NCBI GenBank assembly: GCA_020638555.1
Contig: JACKII010000001.1
Location: forward strand, 1,287,829 to 1,351,828
Reading direction: 5' to 3'
DNA from: Alphaproteobacteria bacterium
GTDB lineage: Bacteria > Pseudomonadota > Alphaproteobacteria > Bin95
Length of the DNA: 64,000 bases
Shown: positions 1 through 9,009 of the stretch, piece after piece
How positions within the stretch are numbered: position 1 is the stretch's first letter
Layout of the letters: each line of letters begins with the position of its first letter
Notes under the pieces: model-generated
Databases searched by the model: none
What the model was told of the DNA's origin: nothing
What the model saw: only the letters and a program-made list of their open reading frames with translations
Program-made: the position numbers and the translations under genes

Positions 1-392
<392 letters not shown>

Positions 393-505
393 TCCTGCGC
401 GCGCCTGGTCGGAAGCCGCAAGGCCAAGGCCGCCTGCCCTGGAAATTCCCGGTGGCAGCGGCGGCTTCCGCAACGGCCGGGCGCGGTGGGAATTGGTGTC
501 CGGAG

Positions 506-546
506 ACGCCGGTTGACGCTTGTCAGCCGGCGTTTTCCTGTTTTAC
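506..546 (+). terminator. putative intrinsic terminator after ahcY
   Basis: GC-rich hairpin ccggttgacgc-ttg-tcagccgg followed by cgttttcctgtttt T-tract (coordinates approximate). Confidence 0.45.
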
Positions 547-583
547 GGTATCGCCTTAAGGTTGTCGTTGCCCGAGGGCTTGC

Positions 584-2650
584 GTGCTGGACCCGATATT
601 GCAGGACTGGGCGGTGCGGGCCATTGCCTGGTCGTTGCTGATCGCGGCCGGCGGTGCCCTGGCGGTGGTGTGGCTGCGCGGGCGCCGATCCTCCGACAGC
701 GCCGCCAACGCGCCGTCGCGCGGCCATCGGCCGGGCGCAGCCGCTGGGTCGGGCGCAGCCGCTGGGCCGACGCGCGGCCCGTTGGGCGGTGCCGCGATCC
801 GGGCGCGGGAGCGCCGTCATCTTCGCGCCCTGCTGGACGGTCTGCCCCATCCCGCCTGGCTGCGCGCGCCCGACCTGACCATGATCGCGGCCAACGCCGC
901 CTACGCCCGTGCGGTTTGCGCGCCCGACCCCGTCGCGGCGGTCGTGGGCGGGCGGGAACTGGGGCGGGGCGACCTGGGCCATGACGGCCGCTCCCTCGCG
1001 GTTTCGGCCCGGCGCACCGGCGTCGAACAGACCCAGAGCGCGACGGTGGTGGTGGCCGGTATGCGCCGGCTCTACCAGTTTTCGGAACGGCCCCTGGCGG
1101 ACGGTTGGGTTGTGGGCGCGGCTCAGGACATGTCCGCCATCGACGCCCTGCAGACCGACCTGACCTCGCATATCGAGGCCCACCAGGACGTGCTGGAGCA
1201 GCTGCGGGCCGGGATCGCCGTGTTCGACGGCGACCGCCGGCTGCGCTTCTTCAACCGGGCCTATGCCGCCATCTGGGGTTTGGATCCGGACTGGCTGGCA
1301 AACGGCCCGCTGCTGAGCGAGGTGCTGGAATCGCTGCGCCAGAAGCGCCGGCTGCCGGAGGTTGTCGACTTCGCCGAATTTCGCCGCCGGTCCGAACGCC
1401 GGTTTCAGACGCTGCTACAGCCCGAAGACCAGTTGTTGCACCTGCCCGACGGCCGCACGCTGCGCGAGGTGGTGGCGCCGCACCCCCTGGGCGGCCTGCT
1501 GTTCGTGCTGGAGGATGTGACGGACCGGTTGGCCCTGGAAAGCGGCTACAACACGCTGATTGCCGTGCAACGGGGCATTCTCGACCAGCTGGCGGATGGC
1601 GTCGCCGCGTTCGGCACCGATGGCCGGCTTTCGGTCGCCAACCCGGCCTTCCTGAACGTCCTGGGCCTGGCCGCCGTGCGGTTCGACACCGGCTCGCATA
1701 TCACCGATCTGCTGGACCGCTTGACGCCGCAGATCGCCGATGCCGACGCGTGGCCGGCCGCGCGCGCGGCGCTGGCCATCGCCGTCACCAACCGCGAGCC
1801 CCAGACCCGCCGCCTGTTCCTGGTCGACGGGCGCGTGCTCGATATCAGTTGCACGCCGCTCTCGGACGGCCGGGTGCTGATGCGGGTGCGTGACATCTCC
1901 GACACCTACAATGTCGAGCGGGTGCTGCTGGAGCGCAATGCCGCGCTGGAGGAGGCGAACCGCCTCAAAACCGACTTTCTCGCCAATGCCAGCTACGAAC
2001 TGCGCACGCCGCTCACCACCATTGCCGGGTTCGCGGAATTGTTGCAATCCGAACCCGATAGCCCGCTCGGCCCGCGCCAGCGGGAGTATCTGGCCGGGAT
2101 CACCAAGGCTTCGGATGCGCTGGCCGCGCTGATCGACAGCGTGCTCGACGTGTCCCTGGGGGAGGCGGGGCAATGGGATGCGGGCGCCGCGGACATCGCC
2201 GTCGCCCCGATTATCCGCTCCGTTGCCGCGGTGGTGCGACCCCAGATCGAGGCGCAGGGGCTGGAACTGACCGTGGTCACGGCGCCGGGCCTGGCCTCGA
2301 TCCAGGCGGACGAACGGCGGCTGCGGCAACTGGTGTTCAACCTGATGACCAGCGCCGCCCGCCACAATCGCGGCGCGTCCGGCATCGCCGTGACCTGCCG
2401 GGGGACGGACGACGGCGTCGAGATCGCCGCCGGCATCCAGCTGCCGCCCGTGGGCCCGGATCGTCACCTGTTCGAGAAGGAGCTGGCCCTGACCCTGGTG
2501 CAGCGTCTCGCGGTCCTGCACGGCGGCACGCTGGCCATCGACCGCGAGGCCGACCGGGCGCGGCTGGTCTGCCACCTGCCGCGCCGGCGTGGACCGTCGG
2601 CCGCGCCGCCCGCCGCCGCGCCGGCCGATCCCGCCACCGCGGCGCAATAA
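584..2650 (+). CDS. membrane-anchored PAS-domain sensor histidine kinase with atypical C-terminal ATPase domain
   Basis: N-terminal TM segment; HisKA H-box NRLKTDFLANASYELRTPLTTIAGF (PleC/DivJ-like); N-box LRQLVFNLMTSAARH is present but the G1/G2 glycine boxes are poorly conserved. Confidence 0.7.
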   Translation: MLDPILQDWAVRAIAWSLLIAAGGALAVVWLRGRRSSDSAANAPSRGHRPGAAAGSGAAAGPTRGPLGGAAIRARERRHLRALLDGLPHPAWLRAPDLTMIAANAAYARAVCAPDPVAAVVGGRELGRGDLGHDGRSLAVSARRTGVEQTQSATVVVAGMRRLYQFSERPLADGWVVGAAQDMSAIDALQTDLTSHIEAHQDVLEQLRAGIAVFDGDRRLRFFNRAYAAIWGLDPDWLANGPLLSEVLESLRQKRRLPEVVDFAEFRRRSERRFQTLLQPEDQLLHLPDGRTLREVVAPHPLGGLLFVLEDVTDRLALESGYNTLIAVQRGILDQLADGVAAFGTDGRLSVANPAFLNVLGLAAVRFDTGSHITDLLDRLTPQIADADAWPAARAALAIAVTNREPQTRRLFLVDGRVLDISCTPLSDGRVLMRVRDISDTYNVERVLLERNAALEEANRLKTDFLANASYELRTPLTTIAGFAELLQSEPDSPLGPRQREYLAGITKASDALAALIDSVLDVSLGEAGQWDAGAADIAVAPIIRSVAAVVRPQIEAQGLELTVVTAPGLASIQADERRLRQLVFNLMTSAARHNRGASGIAVTCRGTDDGVEIAAGIQLPPVGPDRHLFEKELALTLVQRLAVLHGGTLAIDREADRARLVCHLPRRRGPSAAPPAAAPADPATAAQ

Positions 2651-2761
2651 AGCTTTGTCGGTCGCGGCGAGCCGAAGGCATTCCGTCTCTCCGGGTTTTG
2701 CTCTAGGGTCGGGCCTTCGCAATCCAGGGCAATTCCCATTCGAACAAAGGCTTCTTGTCTC

Positions 2762-3739
2762 ATGAAGGTCCATGCAATCCGCTTCGCCAAGACCGGCGGC
2801 CCCGAGGTTCTGGAATGGCAGGAGGTCGAACTCGGCCAGCCGGGACCGGGCGAGGCGCTGGTGCGCAACAAGGCCGTCGGCCTGAACTATATCGACACCT
2901 ATCACCGTTCCGGCCTGTATCCGCTGCCGCTGCCCTCCGGCATCGGCCTGGAAGGCGCCGGCGTGGTCGAGGCCGTGGGCGAGGGGGTCACCAATGTGCA
3001 GGCGGGCGACCGCGTTTCCTATGGCACCGGCGCAATCGGCGCCTATGCCGAGGCCCGCGTCATGCCGGCGGCCAGCCTGCTGAAACTGCCGGACGCCATC
3101 CCGTTCGAGGCGGGGGCGGCGATGATGCTGAAGGGCATGACCGTCGAATACCTGCTGCACCGCACCTATGAGGTGAAGGCCGGCCAGACCGTGCTGTTCC
3201 AGGCGGCGGCGGGCGGCGTCGGCCTGATCGCCGGCCAGTGGCTGAAGGCGCTGGGCGTCACCGCCATCGGTACCGCCGGCGGCGCCGAGAAATGCGCGCT
3301 CGCCAAGGCGCATGGCTACGCTCATGTCATTGACTACACCAAGGAAAGCGTGCCCGAGCGCGTGCGCGAACTGACCGGCGGCAAGGGCGTGCCGGTGGTC
3401 TACGACTCCGTCGGCAAGTCGACCTGGGAAGGCTCGCTGGACTGCCTGAGCCCCCGCGGCCTGATGGTGAGCTTCGGCAACGCCTCCGGTCCGGTCGACG
3501 GCGTCAATCTGGGCATTCTGGGGGCCAAGGGCTCGCTTTACGTCACCCGCCCGTCGCTGATGGCCTACACGGGCACCCGTGCGGACCTGGAATTGTCCGC
3601 CGGCCGGCTGTTCGACATGGTCGCGGGCGGCAAGGTCGGGATCAAGATCAACCAGACCTACCCGCTGGCCGAGGCCGCCCAGGCCCATCGCGACCTGGAA
3701 AGCCGCAAGACCACCGGCTCGACGGTGTTCACGGTCTGA
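2762..3739 (+). CDS. qor: NADPH:quinone oxidoreductase (zinc-type alcohol dehydrogenase superfamily)
   Basis: 325 aa; MKVHAIRF..GGPEVLEW..ALVRNKAVGLNYIDTYHRSGLYPLP; AAGGVGL nucleotide motif; typical Qor length. Confidence 0.85.
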   Translation: MKVHAIRFAKTGGPEVLEWQEVELGQPGPGEALVRNKAVGLNYIDTYHRSGLYPLPLPSGIGLEGAGVVEAVGEGVTNVQAGDRVSYGTGAIGAYAEARVMPAASLLKLPDAIPFEAGAAMMLKGMTVEYLLHRTYEVKAGQTVLFQAAAGGVGLIAGQWLKALGVTAIGTAGGAEKCALAKAHGYAHVIDYTKESVPERVRELTGGKGVPVVYDSVGKSTWEGSLDCLSPRGLMVSFGNASGPVDGVNLGILGAKGSLYVTRPSLMAYTGTRADLELSAGRLFDMVAGGKVGIKINQTYPLAEAAQAHRDLESRKTTGSTVFTV

Positions 3740-3918
3740 TTCCGCGGCGCGTCCTCGGGGCGCGCCGCCCTCAACCCAATTTACCCTAGTGACTTGAAAT
3801 TGCGTGATATTCCGGGGTATCGGCCGCCGAAAACCCGGACGCCGCGGCAATTGACACGTCAGGCGCCGCCCCATACGGTGATCGTCACCCAATCATTCCG
3901 TCGAGATGTGCGCTTCGC

Positions 3919-5076
3919 ATGAGCCTGTCAGACGCTGCCTGGACGCAGTTGATTTCCGCCGCCCACACCTCCGGTCGCAAGGCGGCGCTGGCCATAACCG
4001 GCGGCGGCACCGGTGCGGTGGGGGAATTGTTGCGGATTCCCGGCGGGTCGCAGTTGTTGATCGAGGTGCAGGTTCCCTACAGCGAACAGGCGCTGGAGAC
4101 GTTCCTGGGGTTTGCGCCCGGCCAGGCGTGCAGCGCCGATACGGCGATCGCCATGGCGCAGAAGGCGCGGTTGCGGGCATCGGGGATGGTGGCGAGGGAT
4201 GCCGACCTCGTCGGGCTCGGGGCGACGGCGGCGCTTGTGAGCGACCGGCCGCGCCGCGGCGAACACCGATTTCATATCGCCTGCGTCGGAGCCGACAGCA
4301 TTGCCCATTGCACGGTCGTGCTGGCGAAGGGCCGGCGCGATCGGCCGGCGGAAGAGGCGCTGGTCGCCCGCGCGATCATTCTCTGGCTGGCGCGGGCCTG
4401 CGGCGTCGCCGCGCCGTCGCCGCAAAGTCTGCTCGACCCGGACGAACGCTTCGCCCAGGCGGAGGTTGCCGCCGCGGATAGGATCGACGCGCTCTTGGCC
4501 GGCAGTGTCGATCGGGTGACGGCTTTGCCCGACGGGCAATTGCTTCTGGCCTCGGCGCCGCCGGCGATGGTGATGCCGGGCTCGTTCAATCCGGTGCATG
4601 CCGGGCATGTTCGACTGGCCCAGGCGGCGTCGGACATTCAGCAGCAGCCCACGACGTTCGAAATTTCGGTGACCAATGTCGACAAGCCGCCGCTGACGGG
4701 CGACGTGGTCCGCCACCGTCTCCGGCAATTCGCCTGGAAATCGCCGGTCGAACTGACCCGGGCGCCCACCTTTCTGGAAAAGTCGCGGCTGTTCGCCGGC
4801 GCGACATTCGTTATTGGTGCCGATACGGCGGAACGCCTGGTGGCGGCAAAATACTATGACGACGACGAGGACCGCATGCACGCGGCCCTGGAGGAAATCG
4901 GCGGGTCCGGGGGAAGTTTCCTGGTGGCGGTGCGCGTTGATTCCGGCGGCCGTCTCATGACCCTGCGGGACATTCCCGTCCCGCACCGTTTCGCCGACCT
5001 GTTTCTGGAGATTCCCGAACACCGCTTCCGTCTGGATACGTCTTCGTCGGCGATCCGGCAGCAGGGTGACCGCTGA
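3919..5076 (+). CDS. two-domain protein: N-terminal CinA_C (PncC NMN-deamidase-like) domain fused to a NadD/NMNAT-like nucleotidyltransferase domain
   Basis: N-terminus aligns to CinA_C (AITGGGTGAVGELLRIPGGS..QVPYSEQALETFLGF..AIAMAQKAR) but ESCTGG is replaced by ITGGGTG; C-terminal half has the cytidylyltransferase HxGH motif PGSFNPVHAGH and VIGADT. Confidence 0.55.
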   Translation: MSLSDAAWTQLISAAHTSGRKAALAITGGGTGAVGELLRIPGGSQLLIEVQVPYSEQALETFLGFAPGQACSADTAIAMAQKARLRASGMVARDADLVGLGATAALVSDRPRRGEHRFHIACVGADSIAHCTVVLAKGRRDRPAEEALVARAIILWLARACGVAAPSPQSLLDPDERFAQAEVAAADRIDALLAGSVDRVTALPDGQLLLASAPPAMVMPGSFNPVHAGHVRLAQAASDIQQQPTTFEISVTNVDKPPLTGDVVRHRLRQFAWKSPVELTRAPTFLEKSRLFAGATFVIGADTAERLVAAKYYDDDEDRMHAALEEIGGSGGSFLVAVRVDSGGRLMTLRDIPVPHRFADLFLEIPEHRFRLDTSSSAIRQQGDR

Positions 5077-5208
5077 GAGGTCCGTTCGTTCGCCGGTGCC
5101 GCCTTTCGCGTAAGGGGCTGGCGGAGCCGGGCCCCAGGCGGCGGGTGAAGGAATTTCCGACTCTCCCGACAACACTCGACGGTTTGCCCTTGCGCGCCCG
5201 GAATTTGG

Positions 5209-5226
5209 GATAATTCGTTAATTATC
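5209..5226. promoter_or_regulatory. inverted repeat GATAATT-cgtt-AATTATC upstream of the ABC transporter operon
   Basis: 7-4-7 perfect palindrome in the AT-rich leader of the 5334 gene. Confidence 0.3.
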
Positions 5227-5275
5227 CAATCTATTGAGGAAACACATCTCTATTTATCGCGGATAGTGGCGGAAA

Positions 5276-5300
5276 TCGGGAAAATTTTCTATATTCCCGA
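5276..5300. promoter_or_regulatory. 25-bp palindromic candidate operator TCGGGAAAATTTTCTATATTCCCGA
   Basis: arms TCGGGAA / TTCCCGA, perfectly complementary, 30-60 bp upstream of the substrate-binding protein start codon. Confidence 0.4.
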
Positions 5301-5333
5301 AATCTCTTCCCGACCGAACACAAGGACTCGGCC

Positions 5334-6347
5334 ATGACCCGCTGGATGAGTGGCTTCGCGGCCGCCGCCCTGTTGCTTTTCACCACCATCCGTCCCGCCG
5401 CCGCCGAGACGTTGGAAATCGGCTATATGCCGATCCTGCCGGTTTCCCAGGTGTTCGTCGCGCTCGAGGAAGGGTGGCTGGCGGATGCCGGCATCGAGCC
5501 GAAGTTGATCCAGTTCCAGAACGGGCCCGCCATGGTCCAGGCGCTGCTGGCCGGCCAGCTCGACGTGGCCCATTTCGGCATCGGCCCGGCCATGGTCGCC
5601 CGCGCCAAGGGCGTCGACCTGAAGGTGGTGGCGTCCAGCACGGTCGAACAGATCAGCATTGTCGCCCTGCCGGACCTGGCGGCGGCTTTCGATGCCGGCC
5701 CGCCCGAAACCGCGTTCGCCCGATTCGCCGAAACCCATGGCCGCAAGCCGGTGATCGCCACCTTCCCGCTCGGCTCGGTGCCGGAGACGGTGCTGCACTA
5801 CTGGGTCGAACGCCAACTCGGCATTTCGCGCGATACCATGACCGTCGTTTACCAGGGCGCGGCCCAGGTGCAACAGGCGCTGCTGACCGGCGCGGTCGAC
5901 GGTGCGGCCATTCTGGAGCCGGTGGTGGCGCTGACGCTCGACCGGGTCGATGGCGCGAAGGTGGTGGCGAAGGGTTCCGAGCTTTTTCCCGGCCAGCCCG
6001 GCGCCGTGCTGGCCGTGCGCGAGGCGCTGATCGCACGCGCGCCGCAACTGGTCCAGGCCCTGGTCGCGGCCCAGATCCGCGCCACCGAAACGCTCCGCAA
6101 CGACCCGGAGGGAGCCGCCGCGGCTGTCGGCAAATATGTCGGTGGCGGCCGCATGCCGAAGCCCGTGGTGGTCCAGGCGCTCCAGAACAGCCAGCAGGCG
6201 TTCGTCGACGACCCGGACTACATCATCCCCGGCACCCGCACCATGCACGACTATCAGGCCGAGGTCGGCACGTTGAAGGCGAAGGTCGATCTGGACGCGC
6301 TGTTCGACACCCGGTTCTACAAGGCCGCAAAGGCCGCGGCGAACTAG
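5334..6347 (+). CDS. ABC transporter periplasmic substrate-binding protein, NitT/TauT (nitrate/sulfonate/bicarbonate) family
   Basis: signal peptide MTRWMSGFAAAALLLFTTIRPAAA; SsuA/TauA-like fold motifs (IGYMPILP...GQLDVAHFG). Confidence 0.8.
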   Translation: MTRWMSGFAAAALLLFTTIRPAAAETLEIGYMPILPVSQVFVALEEGWLADAGIEPKLIQFQNGPAMVQALLAGQLDVAHFGIGPAMVARAKGVDLKVVASSTVEQISIVALPDLAAAFDAGPPETAFARFAETHGRKPVIATFPLGSVPETVLHYWVERQLGISRDTMTVVYQGAAQVQQALLTGAVDGAAILEPVVALTLDRVDGAKVVAKGSELFPGQPGAVLAVREALIARAPQLVQALVAAQIRATETLRNDPEGAAAAVGKYVGGGRMPKPVVVQALQNSQQAFVDDPDYIIPGTRTMHDYQAEVGTLKAKVDLDALFDTRFYKAAKAAAN

Positions 6348-6351
6348 GGCC

Positions 6352-7164
6352 ATGGGGACGCTTGCGGAACCCCGAGGGCACGCGGTCCGGCGCAGCGCAC
6401 CGCTGCGCCCACTGCGCCTGCCCCGTCGCGCACTGCTGGGGCTTGCCGGCGTGCTGGCCTTTGTCGCGCTCTGGAAACTCTCGCACGATTACGCCTGGAC
6501 CGGTGCGGGCACCATGCCGGACCCGTTCAAGCTGCCCCGGGCGCTGTGGGACGAGTGGACCAGCGGGCGCCTGCTGCCGGCCATCGGCTCCAGTCTGATC
6601 CATTACGTCTGGGGGCTGGGCATCGGCGCCGTGCTGGGCATGGCCGTTGGCTTCGCGGCCGCTGCCAACGACACGTTCGAGGCCGCCCATGCCTATATCG
6701 CCCGGCTGCTGCGGCCGATCCCGCCGCTCGCCTGGGTGGTGTTCGCCATTGCCTGGTTCCAGGTAAGCCATGCGGGCGCCGCCTTCGTCATCGCCATCGG
6801 CGTGTTCTGGGTCAACTATTTCGCCACCCACGCCGCCGTGCGCGGTGTCGACCCGCGCTATTACGAGCTGGCACGGGTGTTCGGCCAGGGCGGGGCGGTC
6901 CGCCGGAGCGTCACCGTCACCTTGCCCGCCGCCGCGCCGGGGATGCTGTCCGGCTTCCGCACCGGAGTCGGCCAGGCCTGGATGGCGTTGATTGCCGCCG
7001 AACTGCTGGGCGTGCCCGGTATGGGCCAGGAAATGAACTCGGCCGCCGGTGTCGGCGCCTACGAGGCCGTGGTGATCTACATGTTCGCGATTTCGGCGGT
7101 CTATGCGATTTGCGACTTCGCCTTCGTCCGTCTGGAGAATTGGATCCTGCAATGGCGTCCCTGA
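6352..7164 (+). CDS. ABC transporter permease, NitT/TauT family
   Basis: multi-TM; EAA-like loop region; immediately follows the SBP gene and overlaps the ATPase gene. Confidence 0.75.
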   Translation: MGTLAEPRGHAVRRSAPLRPLRLPRRALLGLAGVLAFVALWKLSHDYAWTGAGTMPDPFKLPRALWDEWTSGRLLPAIGSSLIHYVWGLGIGAVLGMAVGFAAAANDTFEAAHAYIARLLRPIPPLAWVVFAIAWFQVSHAGAAFVIAIGVFWVNYFATHAAVRGVDPRYYELARVFGQGGAVRRSVTVTLPAAAPGMLSGFRTGVGQAWMALIAAELLGVPGMGQEMNSAAGVGAYEAVVIYMFAISAVYAICDFAFVRLENWILQWRP

Positions 7165-7901
7165 GCCTGCCGGTGGTCGAAATCGACCGGGTTACGCTGC
7201 GCCACCCGAAAGCCGCGGCACCGGTCTTGCGCGACGCCTCGCTGGCCGTCGGCGATGGCGAGTTCGTCTGTGTGGTCGGCGGGTCCGGCGTCGGCAAATC
7301 CACCCTGTTGCGCGCCATTGCGGGCCTGCTGGAAACGGAGCGGGGGGATGTGCGGGTGAACGTGCCGTCGGCGCCGGACCGCCGCGACCGGTCCGTGGTG
7401 TTCCAGGACAGCCGCCTGCTGCCCTGGCGCCGGGTCGCGGCCAATGTCGCGCTCGGCCTGACGGGCCTGCGGCTGGACCAGGGAGAGGCGGAGGCGCGGG
7501 TGCGCGATGCGCTGGCGCTCACCGGGCTGGCGGATTTTGCCGGCCGCTGGCCGCACCAGCTTTCCGGGGGGCAGGCCCAGCGGGTCGGCATTGCCCGGGC
7601 GCTGGCGGTGCGGCCCGCCATCCTGCTGATGGACGAGCCCTTCAGCGCCGTTGACGCCATCACCCGCACCCATTTGCAGGACGAGTTGGTCCGCATTTGG
7701 CAGGCGAGCGGCACGTCCGTTGTGTTTGTCACGCACGATATCGCCGAAGCGGTGTTTCTGGGCGATCGCGTCGTGGTCCTGGCCGGCGCGCCGGCGGGCA
7801 TTGCCGCCGATATTCCCGTGACCATTCCCCGATCCCGGCGGCGCGACGAGCAGGCGTCGGCGGCCTTGGTCCAGTCCATCGCGCAGCGCTTGCACGCGTG
7901 A
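7152..7901 (+). CDS. ABC transporter ATP-binding protein, NitT/TauT family
   Basis: Walker A GGSGVGKST; signature LSGGQAQRVGIARAL; Walker B LLMDEPFSAVD; true start is ATG at 7152 (MASLSLPVVEIDRVTL), inside the longer track ORF 6546..7901. Confidence 0.8.
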   Translation: MASLSLPVVEIDRVTLRHPKAAAPVLRDASLAVGDGEFVCVVGGSGVGKSTLLRAIAGLLETERGDVRVNVPSAPDRRDRSVVFQDSRLLPWRRVAANVALGLTGLRLDQGEAEARVRDALALTGLADFAGRWPHQLSGGQAQRVGIARALAVRPAILLMDEPFSAVDAITRTHLQDELVRIWQASGTSVVFVTHDIAEAVFLGDRVVVLAGAPAGIAADIPVTIPRSRRRDEQASAALVQSIAQRLHA

Positions 7902-8049
7902 GGAAGCCGCTGCCCCCCATGGCACCAGCCCCACCACCCCCGATGCCGTCGCGGTCCGCGTCGGCTGCAACAGCATAGCGTATCCAATCCGGGTCGACGG
8001 TTCCGCGAGGTGCCGTCTGTCCGGTTCTCGGGAAGCAGAAGAGGCCATT

Positions 8050-8559
8050 ATGAGCGATCTGAAATCCATCATTGCGAACATGCAGGCGAATCTGCGGGTC
8101 AGGCCCGACAGTGCCAAGGCGACGTTTCAATCCCAGTCGCGCTTGCAGGATGGCCTGCGGACCGTCGCCAAGATCCGCCAGCACGAGGTGACCGTCGACG
8201 AACCGCCGGCGCTCGGCGGCGAGGATGCGGGGCCGAACCCGGTCGAACTGATCCTGGCGGCACTCGGCACCTGCCAGGAAATCACCTACCGGGCTTACGC
8301 AACCGCGCTCGGCATCCCGTTGGAAAACGTCTCCGTCACGCTGGCGGGGGATCTGGATCTGCGCGGCTTCTTTGGCGTCGATGACAGCGTGCGCGCGGGC
8401 TATCAGCGGATCACGGGCACGGTCCGTCTGGAATCGAGTGCCGACGAGGAGACGCTCCTGGCCCTGCGCCAGGCGGTGAACGCGCACTGCCCGGTGCTGG
8501 ACATCATCAGGCAACCGGTGCCGGTCACGCTGGAACTGGACATCAAATCGCCCGGTTGA
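8050..8559 (+). CDS. osmC: OsmC/Ohr family peroxiredoxin-like protein
   Basis: 169 aa; GPNPVELILAALGTCQEITYR and AVNAHCPVLD motifs of the OsmC family. Confidence 0.85.
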   Translation: MSDLKSIIANMQANLRVRPDSAKATFQSQSRLQDGLRTVAKIRQHEVTVDEPPALGGEDAGPNPVELILAALGTCQEITYRAYATALGIPLENVSVTLAGDLDLRGFFGVDDSVRAGYQRITGTVRLESSADEETLLALRQAVNAHCPVLDIIRQPVPVTLELDIKSPG

Positions 8560-8661
8560 GCCGCCCGAACCGGTCCCGATCGTCCCGGCGCCGGGGTGCC
8601 GGGCCGGCGTGGTCGGGACCGGGGGCAGGATCGGGCGCAGGCGGTCCGCCGCACCCGGCCA

Positions 8662-8994
8662 TCAGTGCGAGATCATCCACGGTCTGGCCGTCGGGAAGGA
8701 TTTGGAGCCGTCCGGCCGGCTGAGCGTCTTGCGGGACGCGGTCCGGCCGCCGCTGCAACAGGCGCAGCCGGGGCCATGACTGGAAAGGCGTTTCGGACTG
8801 TCCGCCGCGCGCTCGTTGGTGGCGTGGGCCTGGCGCTGGACAGCGTCCATGCGCAGCACCCGCGGCACCGTCAGCATGACCCGCGGCGCGTCGGCGCCGC
8901 AGTCGGGGCAGGCGCAGGGGCGGTCGTACTCGGCCATGGGGCGCATGGCCGAGAACACGCCGTCCTGCTCGCACCGATATTCGTAGAGGGGCAT
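8662..8994 (-). CDS. fmdB: FmdB-family zinc-ribbon putative regulatory protein
   Basis: MPLYEYRCEQDG...CPDCG...CACCSG Cys-ribbon; directly downstream of the formamidase gene, as in fmdA-fmdB loci. Confidence 0.7.
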   Translation of the reverse strand: MPLYEYRCEQDGVFSAMRPMAEYDRPCACPDCGADAPRVMLTVPRVLRMDAVQRQAHATNERAADSPKRLSSHGPGCACCSGGRTASRKTLSRPDGSKSFPTARPWMISH

Positions 8995-9009
8995 GGGCGA
9001 TGGCTCTCC

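Noticed and set aside
1415-3892. 825-aa minus-strand ORF overlapping the sensor kinase and qor
   Set aside because: Runs antisense to two well-supported genes. Its composition (Arg/Gly/Ala/Pro-rich, no motifs) is typical of a wrong-frame ORF in 67 % GC DNA.
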